DNA of 62,786 nucleotides, the filler included. It is 7 parts of 7 records of this genome, joined end to end, with 100 filler letters (N's around TTAATTAATTAA, not from the genome) between each part and the next. Parts side by side here need not be neighbours in the genome. Positions count along the whole stretch, not along the records: positions 55,199 to 62,786 come from SRR31147125_3437; 6 more parts are not named here. One strand, written 5' to 3'. The translations under genes were made by a program, and so were the position numbers. This document shows positions 55,460 through 62,786 of the stretch, one piece after another. Within the stretch, counting starts at the first letter, position 1, and each line of letters begins with the position of its first letter. The notes under the pieces are model-generated. The model had not been told where the DNA came from. It ran no database searches and worked only from the letters and a program-made list of their open reading frames with translations.

Positions 55460-56329
55460 CTAACCTTTTATACCGGTTGTCTTTATACCTTCTACAAAAT
55501 ATTTTTGTACATATAATAATAAAACAATAATAGGTAATAATGCCATAAATGACGCAGCCATTAATGGCCCCCATAACACTTGACCTGTCATGGAACTAAA
55601 TGATGCAAGACCTAATTGAACCGTATAATTTTCTGGTGTTGAAATATAGATAAGTTGTCCAAGTAAATCATTCCAAGTCCCCATAAATGACCATAGTGCA
55701 ATGGTAATTAATGCAGGTTTAGCAAGTGGTATGAAAATTCGTAAAAATATTGTGAAATAATTTGCACCATCAATAATTGCTGATTCTTCATAATCTTTTG
55801 GAAATGTTTCAAAATACATTTTTAAGAAAAATATAAATGTCGCCGATCCAAAGTATGCAGGAAGTGTTAATGGTACATAACTATCACCAAAACCTAATCT
55901 TGACCATATGATAAACGTTGGAATCATGGTGACTTCATAAGGCAACATCATGGTTGCAAGTAAAATCATAAAGATAAAGTTTTTACCTTTGAATTTAAAT
56001 CTTGCAAAACCAAAAGCGACAGCTGCAGAGACAAAGACTTCTCCAAGAATTTTTATCATAGCAAGAAAGAATGTATTAAACATATATCTAATCATTGGTA
56101 CCACTTCTAATGCTTTTGAAAAGTTTTCAAAAGTAATGGTTTGTGGTAAGAATTTAATAGGTATTGAAAAGATATCATTTTCTATTTTTAAACTTGTCGA
56201 TATCATCCAAAAGAATGGTAATAACATTAATATAGAACCTAAAACTAATAATACATGCAACAATGTTTTAGATGATTTTCTCTTGATAATTGATACTTGA
56301 TTTGAGTTTATTTTATGCATATCAATCAC
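55460..56329 (-). CDS. Carbohydrate ABC transporter permease (MalG-like)
   Basis: PFFWMISTSLK, EESAIIDGA (EAA motif), WNDLL, QKYFVEG. Confidence 0.93.
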   Translation of the reverse strand: MIDMHKINSNQVSIIKRKSSKTLLHVLLVLGSILMLLPFFWMISTSLKIENDIFSIPIKFLPQTITFENFSKALEVVPMIRYMFNTFFLAMIKILGEVFVSAAVAFGFARFKFKGKNFIFMILLATMMLPYEVTMIPTFIIWSRLGFGDSYVPLTLPAYFGSATFIFFLKMYFETFPKDYEESAIIDGANYFTIFLRIFIPLAKPALITIALWSFMGTWNDLLGQLIYISTPENYTVQLGLASFSSMTGQVLWGPLMAASFMALLPIIVLLLYVQKYFVEGIKTTGIKG

Positions 56330-57185
56330 CCGTTACAACCCAATATTTTTTAGTTATATTAACCACAATGGTAAGTGTTAATATAATGGCAAATAATATC
56401 CACGCAAGGGCTGTTGCATACCCCATATTGTATTTACTAAATGCTTGGTCATAGACATGAACCATAATGAATTCGCCTTCTTTACCTGCACCACCTAATA
56501 CATATGCATCTGTAAATTTCCTAAAGGCTGAAATAATACCAATAATCAAATTATAAAATATAATTGGTGTAATCATTGGAATCGTAATAAATCTTACTTT
56601 TTGCCAAGCATTAGCGCCATCAATCATCGCTGACTCATAGAGTGCCTTCGGCACATCTTTAAGTGCAGCCATGTATGTAAGAATACCACCACCAGCACCC
56701 CATACAGCCATAATTAAATAAGATGGTAAGACCCAATCTGGATCATATAACCAATCAGGACCACTAATACCAATGACAGCGAGTGCTGAGTTTAAAAGCC
56801 CATAATTAGGATCCAAGATCCATTTAAAGACAATAGCAACTGCGACACCTGATACAATCGCTGGCATATAGTAAATCACACGATAAATACCGACACCTTT
56901 AATATCTCTACTTAAGAATACAGATATGGTTAAACTTGTAATAATCGTTAATGGTACTGCAAATATTGCATATCTCACAGTTACCCAAAGACTATGATAG
57001 AAATCTTCACTTTCAAAGATGGCTTTATAATTATCAAATTTTATAAAATTTGCAGTTCCTATGATTGACCAGTCTGTTAAGCTAATATATGCAGCAGCAA
57101 TCATGGGTACAAGGGTAAAGAGTAATAACCCTAATACCCAAGGAGATACAAATAGAAATCCTGCAATTTTATGTTTTTTATTCAT
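56322..57185 (-). CDS. Carbohydrate ABC transporter permease (MalF-like)
   Basis: FVSPW, LYESAMIDGA, ITIPMITP, MGYATALAW. Confidence 0.93.
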   Translation of the reverse strand: MNKKHKIAGFLFVSPWVLGLLLFTLVPMIAAAYISLTDWSIIGTANFIKFDNYKAIFESEDFYHSLWVTVRYAIFAVPLTIITSLTISVFLSRDIKGVGIYRVIYYMPAIVSGVAVAIVFKWILDPNYGLLNSALAVIGISGPDWLYDPDWVLPSYLIMAVWGAGGGILTYMAALKDVPKALYESAMIDGANAWQKVRFITIPMITPIIFYNLIIGIISAFRKFTDAYVLGGAGKEGEFIMVHVYDQAFSKYNMGYATALAWILFAIILTLTIVVNITKKYWVVTGD

Positions 57186-57186
57186 T

Positions 57187-58452
57187 TTAATCTCCTACGA
57201 TATCTCTTGCTTCATCTGCGATTTCTTCCATCGCTTTTCGATAATCAAAATTTGTATCATTTAACATATAAACATATAAGTCATACCATAACATATCATT
57301 AATATCTGCCCAATCAGGTGTATAATTTGCTGATCGTGCATATTCAAGTGTATATGCAATTGTTTCTAAAGCATCCGTTTTTAACGGATCAATTGATGAT
57401 ACATTATCAATTGAATCTTTAATCGGTGGTGCAATCTTCCATTCAAAGAATGCAAGCGTCATATCTTCAAGTGCTTGATAAGCAAGATCATTGTCTTGAT
57501 TACCAACACTTAACATGGTTGATGCTGTCCAGTCAAATGACCACGCACCCCCATCTGTAGCGATTGGCATTGGTGCATAACCGAGTTCGAATTGTTCTGA
57601 CTCATCCATCACTGATAGTTTATATTCAAAATTATCTTGTATACCACCCATGTACATCGCAACTCTTTGTTTTTCAAACCATACATTATTTGATCCAAGA
57701 CTTGCAATATCTGCATAACCCGGTGTTAAACCTTCACTTAATATCGTATGAAGATTATCAAGACCATTTAGTGATGCATCTGAATCTAGGAGGATATTGT
57801 TATCATCATCGATGATATCACCACCACCTGACCATATAAATGTTTCAATGTTAGGCCATCCATCAACAATATATCCAAATATATCTTGATTATCATCTGT
57901 TTTCATACCTTTAAATGCACGTGCAACATCAATAAATTCTTCCCATGTCCAATCATCAGTTGTTGTAGGATATGCTACTTCTGCTTCATCAAATAAATCT
58001 TTATTGTAATAAACCATCATAGGATTAGCAATCCAAGGTAGTCCCCAATAACTATCATTAAAATATGCAGTTTCAATGACACCTTCGTAATACATATCAG
58101 GCGTTAAGGACTCACTTGCATTAAATTGATTCGTTATATCAGCAACTGCACCAAGCTCTGCATATTTTGAAATGAGTTCTTGTGTTAACCAGAAGAAATC
58201 TGGTGAGTTATTTGCAGCAATTTTACTTGATAGTTTGATATAATAATCTGAAGGGATACTTAGCGTTTCAATCACGTATTCGCTATTAGCATCCTCATTA
58301 ACCTGATCAACGATTTGATTAAACTCTGCAAGTTCTGTACCTGCAGCCCAAGTTGCAAAAACAAATTCATTATCATCTAAATCTGTTTGGTTACATGCAC
58401 TAAGCAAAACAAGTGCAAAAACAACCATAAAACTAGTTATTATTTTTTTCAT
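57187..58452 (-). CDS. Sugar ABC transporter substrate-binding lipoprotein
   Basis: LLLSAC lipobox, PD.F, YYNKDLFDEA, WTWEEF. Confidence 0.9.
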   Translation of the reverse strand: MKKIITSFMVVFALVLLSACNQTDLDDNEFVFATWAAGTELAEFNQIVDQVNEDANSEYVIETLSIPSDYYIKLSSKIAANNSPDFFWLTQELISKYAELGAVADITNQFNASESLTPDMYYEGVIETAYFNDSYWGLPWIANPMMVYYNKDLFDEAEVAYPTTTDDWTWEEFIDVARAFKGMKTDDNQDIFGYIVDGWPNIETFIWSGGGDIIDDDNNILLDSDASLNGLDNLHTILSEGLTPGYADIASLGSNNVWFEKQRVAMYMGGIQDNFEYKLSVMDESEQFELGYAPMPIATDGGAWSFDWTASTMLSVGNQDNDLAYQALEDMTLAFFEWKIAPPIKDSIDNVSSIDPLKTDALETIAYTLEYARSANYTPDWADINDMLWYDLYVYMLNDTNFDYRKAMEEIADEARDIVGD

Positions 58453-58468
58453 TTTTCTACTCCTTAAC

Positions 58469-58528
58469 GTTACAATATATTTTGTAACTTTATTTTATAT
58501 GTTTACAGTGGATTTGTCAACGCTTTCA
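58469..58528 (-). promoter_or_regulatory. Sigma70 promoter with an overlapping cre site and a downstream operator palindrome
   Basis: TTGACA(58520-58515)-17 bp-TAAAAT(58497-58492). TGAAAGCGTTGACA fits the cre consensus TGWNANCGNTNWCA. GTTACAA-N6-TTGTAAC at 58469-58488. Confidence 0.75.
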
Positions 58529-58567
58529 GTTATGAAAATATTTACAATTCGTTTTCATTGTTACAAC

Positions 58568-58603
58568 AAAAAAACATGTCTTAATGTCTAGACATGTTTT
58601 TTT
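58568..58603. terminator. Intrinsic (bidirectional) terminator downstream of the mannose-6-phosphate isomerase gene
   Basis: AAAAAAACATGTCT-TAATGTCT-AGACATGTTTTTTT. Confidence 0.8.
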
Positions 58604-58745
58604 ATGACGTTTAATGGTATTTAATTGTTATAACTTTATAATAAATCTTCATCAACAATCAAAATAAACTGATACAAATATAATCTATAGCAATTTATAA
58701 AAAAGACAAGGCTATGCCTCATCTTCATTTGACTAATCTTTTGAT

Positions 58746-59687
58746 TTAATAGACGCGATATGTCACCATAAGTTCACATTTACCATTAATTTCGATATCC
58801 GTATCTTTTAATGTTGATGGCAATATAAAATGATCACCTTTTACAACTTTTTCACCTAAGATGCTTACTTCTCCATTTAAAACACTCACTAAAGCATATG
58901 TTTTAAATGAAATACTAGCTTTTGTTGATATCACATATCGATTCACATTGAAATATTCATTTGAAACATAATGATATAACTTATAATTATCATTTTCTAT
59001 CATAGATGTTTTTTGCTCTACTTTTTTTGCTGGGAAATTGATGATATCTAATGCTTTATCTAGATGTAATTCTCTAGTATTTCCTTGATCATCTCTTCGA
59101 TCATAATCATAAATACGATAGGTTGTATCTGATGATTCTTGAACTTCATAGATAAATGTTCCTTCATTAATCGCATGAATAGTAGTCGCTGGTACATAAA
59201 TAAAATCTTGTGGTTTAATGCTTTGATAATGCCAAAGTGATAAATCATTTGTTTGTATTTTATTTAAAAACTCATCTTTATTTTTAGCTGTATGTCCATA
59301 GATGATGTTCGCATCATCTTTGGCATCAATAACATACCAACATTCTGTCTTACCTAAATCATTTTCATGTTTTAATGCATAATCATCTTCTGGATGAACT
59401 TGAACACTTAGTTGTGTATTTGCATCTAATATTTTTACTAATAATGGAAAAACTTTAGATGGATCATTATCAAAAAACTCATTTTTATATTTTTCATATA
59501 AAGTAAGTAAAGTTTCATCTTTATAATCTTCATTGATGATTTGACATGCACCATTTTTATGTGCAGATATTACCCAACATTCACCAATAGGCTTTTCTTC
59601 GATGTCATATGAAAAATATGACTTTAGTTTTTGTCCTCCCCATATTCTTTCTTTAAATACAGGTTTTAATCTTATGATTTTCTTCAT
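58746..59687 (-). CDS. manA: Mannose-6-phosphate isomerase, type I
   Basis: RIWGG, GECW, FPLLVKILDA..LSVQVHP, GKTECWY, HAI, EVQESSD.TYR.YDY, RELH. Confidence 0.93.
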   Translation of the reverse strand: MKKIIRLKPVFKERIWGGQKLKSYFSYDIEEKPIGECWVISAHKNGACQIINEDYKDETLLTLYEKYKNEFFDNDPSKVFPLLVKILDANTQLSVQVHPEDDYALKHENDLGKTECWYVIDAKDDANIIYGHTAKNKDEFLNKIQTNDLSLWHYQSIKPQDFIYVPATTIHAINEGTFIYEVQESSDTTYRIYDYDRRDDQGNTRELHLDKALDIINFPAKKVEQKTSMIENDNYKLYHYVSNEYFNVNRYVISTKASISFKTYALVSVLNGEVSILGEKVVKGDHFILPSTLKDTDIEINGKCELMVTYRVY

Positions 59688-59690
59688 GCC

Positions 59691-60611
59691 TTAGCTCCTT
59701 GTTTCGTGTGCATTTTCCTTTGCATCTTGATGTGCAAAAGGAAGAATTTCTTTAAAATATTGAATAGTTCCTTCTTTATCATATATAAAATTAGTGATTG
59801 TTGCAAGCATATATCCATAAATCATCACAGGAAAGAATAACCACAACACTGGCCAAAAGAATACCTCACCTGTACCAGGATTAACAGTTAAAAATCTTGG
59901 TACTAATACTTTAACAAAATTTCCAATCCCTGATAGAGAATCAAGATTTTTAACACCAAATATCAGTGACGGGTTTCTACCATCTGGATCATACATATCC
60001 ATACCATCTGGTACGAGTCCAAAAAGCGATAAAACCCATTCATTTGTATAAAGTACAAATAATACGAGCAATAACATCCATGGCATCCATTTTGCACGTT
60101 TCATTGATAGGGTAACCATCTTAAAATGCAATAATAAGAAAGGTGCTAAAAACAATAAGAAATGTGTTGTATAAAATCTTATGGTTTCAATTTGAAACGC
60201 TGTTTTTGTATATATCCCTGTAATATCAACAGCATTAAAAGTTGTTGAATAGATATCAACAGGCATAAGTAATGCAAGAATACCTGATAATAGTCCAATA
60301 AGTACCATATACTGTCTAACAACTTTATTTTTAATAAAGTATAATATAGGAAAAGTTAATACAGAAACAGCACAAATGTTTTCAAATGATACTTTGACCA
60401 CAGGATTTGGCACAAAATATGTGTCATTATATGGAAATATAAAGATCTTTAAAAAATGAATGGCAAAATTGGTCATAATCAGACCAAAAATAAACCAAAA
60501 CTTAAATTTATCAGTTTTATGATTTAAAAATTTAATTGCAACAATAGTTAAAGTAACTGCAAACACTAAATACATAAAATAATAAAAATTAAATAATTCT
60601 ATAGTTGCCAT
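59691..60611 (-). CDS. Integral membrane protein (YwaF/TMEM164-like, tentative)
   Basis: Multiple TM helices, FENIC and RFY..H motifs. Confidence 0.6.
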   Translation of the reverse strand: MATIELFNFYYFMYLVFAVTLTIVAIKFLNHKTDKFKFWFIFGLIMTNFAIHFLKIFIFPYNDTYFVPNPVVKVSFENICAVSVLTFPILYFIKNKVVRQYMVLIGLLSGILALLMPVDIYSTTFNAVDITGIYTKTAFQIETIRFYTTHFLLFLAPFLLLHFKMVTLSMKRAKWMPWMLLLVLFVLYTNEWVLSLFGLVPDGMDMYDPDGRNPSLIFGVKNLDSLSGIGNFVKVLVPRFLTVNPGTGEVFFWPVLWLFFPVMIYGYMLATITNFIYDKEGTIQYFKEILPFAHQDAKENAHETRS

Positions 60612-60678
60612 ATGTTCACCCCTAATCAAATGCTATGGTTATTTTATCATACATTTAATCAAAATGTATGATTAAAAC

Positions 60679-61821
60679 CTATAACTTAAGCTTGTTAAAC
60701 ATCTCTTTTTCATCATCTTGAGATTCTCTTAATTGCTTCAGTTTATCAAAGGTTGATTTTGTTTTAAACAAGACTAATTTAAAAATTCTTATAAACCAAT
60801 AAAATGGTAATAACAGCGGTATATATTTAATAATGGTATATCTCGATGCTGTTTTTTTATAAGATGGAAACATCACTTTAAATAAATATTTAATGGGTTG
60901 ATCGCCTTTTCTCGTGGCAAGTATCGACTTAAATCGATCATGATTGCTACTTTTACCATGAATACCACTATCCATGATATATGACACAATCTCATTGATA
61001 TCTTCTTCAGATAATCTGTTAAAATTAAAAATTGATGAAACATCTTTATTAAAATAATGTATATGTATTTGCATAATCATTTCAAAAAAAGGTAATAGGT
61101 TTGTTTCAATTAAATATGACTTTAATAAATCTTGATTTATATCTTGTGTCATATAGAATATATAAATATCTAGAATTGAGCGAATCCCAATACCACCACT
61201 ATGTATGTGTTTATCTAAATGGTAGAGTAAATATGTAAGTTCATAAGCAGCATCCATATGTTTTTGCTTGTAATCAGAAGATTCTACATGTTTAAAAGGT
61301 GTTTTAAAAAAGTCTTTATAACTTGTTTTAAACTCATGCATAATAAATGGATGTAGTTCTATCTCTATACCTTCAGGACTTTGATAAGTATCATGATAAT
61401 AATATTTGCTTAATAGTTTATAATCATTTTCTTTAAGTATTGTTTTTACAGCTTTAAAATCTCTTGTTTGTACAAGTAAGTCAATATCTCCCATACCTCG
61501 CATATAGGATTTAGGATATATCTTCTTAAAATGTGATCCTTTTAAAAAGATATACGGATAATCAGATTGATTTAATATATCTTTTATGTTTTCAATCACA
61601 ATGAGTTCTTTTGTATCTTTAGATACATACTGATAAAAGGACTTCGTTAAAAGTCCTTTAACTCGCGGATCAAACTGACTTAAATCTAGTTGTTCATAAA
61701 TAATCCCAATCAATCCATTTTCAAAAAGTATTTTTGCAAATTGAGTTGGATTTTCATAGGTTTGATGAAATGGTTTTTGATTAAGCCCACAATCTATAGC
61801 TTCAAATATTTGATTAATCAT
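60679..61821 (-). CDS. Nucleotidyltransferase family protein (NTP_transf_5)
   Basis: FLKG....YP...R.MGDIDLLV, IELH, H..KH...GG.GIR..LD. Confidence 0.85.
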   Translation of the reverse strand: MINQIFEAIDCGLNQKPFHQTYENPTQFAKILFENGLIGIIYEQLDLSQFDPRVKGLLTKSFYQYVSKDTKELIVIENIKDILNQSDYPYIFLKGSHFKKIYPKSYMRGMGDIDLLVQTRDFKAVKTILKENDYKLLSKYYYHDTYQSPEGIEIELHPFIMHEFKTSYKDFFKTPFKHVESSDYKQKHMDAAYELTYLLYHLDKHIHSGGIGIRSILDIYIFYMTQDINQDLLKSYLIETNLLPFFEMIMQIHIHYFNKDVSSIFNFNRLSEEDINEIVSYIMDSGIHGKSSNHDRFKSILATRKGDQPIKYLFKVMFPSYKKTASRYTIIKYIPLLLPFYWFIRIFKLVLFKTKSTFDKLKQLRESQDDEKEMFNKLKL

Positions 61822-61829
61822 TTTTACAC

Positions 61830-62681
61830 CTAATCTCTAAGTATATGAAGATAACCAAGATATGTTGTATCATTGCTTTCATCATAGAGTTCATAGACAA
61901 TAACAACTCTTGTTAATGTCTCATCTACTTGAAATTGTGCTTCTACACTATCTTTATCCATATATACACGATCATTTTCAAATCTAAGTCCAAGTGATTC
62001 ATTTGTTACATCTAAATTTGTAGATAAAGCAACAAATGATGACTCAAATAAATCAAATATAAACATCATGTCATCAAAATCATTAATCGAAATCACTTCT
62101 TCAGACATCACATAAGGTGTTTGCCATTGATTTTTGATGATGGTGATACTATAAACACCTAGATTTGTTAATATATCAAACTGTAAGTCTTCTTCATCAC
62201 TTATTAAAGCAACGATGGTTTCATGTTTTAAGTATAATACATCATCTATAACCATCAGACTATCATCAATTTTTTGTTCATTAACAAAAGTTTCATATGC
62301 AAATATTTCTTCATTCATGCCACATACTTTTATGTCTTTATCTGAATATACACTATAATTAATGACACTTGAATCAATAAGTTTTATCACTGTAAAATAA
62401 AACATATCACTATACGCTGTCGTTTGGTCTTGATATATACCTTTATACCTCACTTCATATTGACCATGACTTAATGCATATGTTAAATCATTTAACACAA
62501 TCTCTTCACCATTCACTTCAAGTATATAAGATGTCACATGATCAATTGCTGTAATGGTTAATACATCATCTTCGATCGTAATCAGTGATGGACTTCCTAA
62601 TTGAATGGTTGTTTCTGTTGTTTTACAACTTGATAAAGTTAATATTAAAATGCATAGTATCAATACGTTTTTTATTTTCAT
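61830..62681 (-). CDS. Hypothetical acidic lipoprotein
   Basis: MKIKNVLILCILILTLSSC lipobox, GGAG RBS. Confidence 0.7.
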   Translation of the reverse strand: MKIKNVLILCILILTLSSCKTTETTIQLGSPSLITIEDDVLTITAIDHVTSYILEVNGEEIVLNDLTYALSHGQYEVRYKGIYQDQTTAYSDMFYFTVIKLIDSSVINYSVYSDKDIKVCGMNEEIFAYETFVNEQKIDDSLMVIDDVLYLKHETIVALISDEEDLQFDILTNLGVYSITIIKNQWQTPYVMSEEVISINDFDDMMFIFDLFESSFVALSTNLDVTNESLGLRFENDRVYMDKDSVEAQFQVDETLTRVVIVYELYDESNDTTYLGYLHILRD

Positions 62682-62698
62682 TGCACACTCCAATTGAT

Positions 62699-62726
62699 AA
62701 AAAGGACTAAATATAGTCCTTTTTTT
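62699..62726 (-). terminator. Intrinsic terminator
   Basis: AAAAAGGACTA-AATA-TAGTCCTTTTTTT. Confidence 0.8.
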
Positions 62727-62728
62727 GA

Positions 62729-62785
62729 TTAACCGTATATTAAATCAACTAACTCTGGATGATCAATAAATGGATTTCTATTTCC
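62729..62785 (-). CDS. Endonuclease I family (EndA/Bsn-like) C-terminal fragment
   Basis: GNRNPFIDHPELVDLIYG*, the family's C-terminal signature. Cut by the window end. Confidence 0.8.
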   Translation of the reverse strand, partial: GNRNPFIDHPELVDLIYG

Positions 62786-62786
62786 T

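Overview
The window is not one genome. It is seven unrelated metagenomic contigs joined by six identical artificial 100-bp spacers (44 N, TTAATTAATTAA, 44 N). Taxonomy below is inferred from composition and motifs only. C1 (1-16914, KSB1/Calditrichota-like): multidomain GH31, arylsulfatase, degenerate hybrid kinase and a siroheme-dependent (Ahb) haem operon. C2 (17015-28438, very AT-rich, Fusobacteriota-like): kdsA, NSS transporter plus MetS subunit behind a ~345-nt structured leader holding a Phe/Tyr-rich uORF, a large sensor kinase, two diguanylate cyclases and pdxST. C3 (28539-35777): URO-D-family protein, SSS symporter, DUF1080, PAP2 and a Gfo/Idh/MocA oxidoreductase. C4 (35878-43055, Bacteroidota): sulfated-glycan locus interrupted by a GmrSD-like nuclease, an AbiEii toxin-antitoxin pair and a REPIN/MITE. 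C5 (43156-49820, Bacteroidota): DASS, SGNH-like, DcuC, iadA, mpl and GH3. C6 (49921-55098): short rho-like gene with a structured leader, flavin-binding protein, SDR, sulfatase and GH78. C7 (55199-62786, Izemoplasmatales/Acholeplasma-like): sugar ABC operon with a cre site, mannose-6-phosphate isomerase, nucleotidyltransferase and endonuclease I fragment. Many genes are split at homopolymers, most likely by sequencing error. No CRISPR array, tRNA, rRNA or transposase was seen. The best candidate for a new system is the structured, uORF-containing leader of the NSS transporter in C2.
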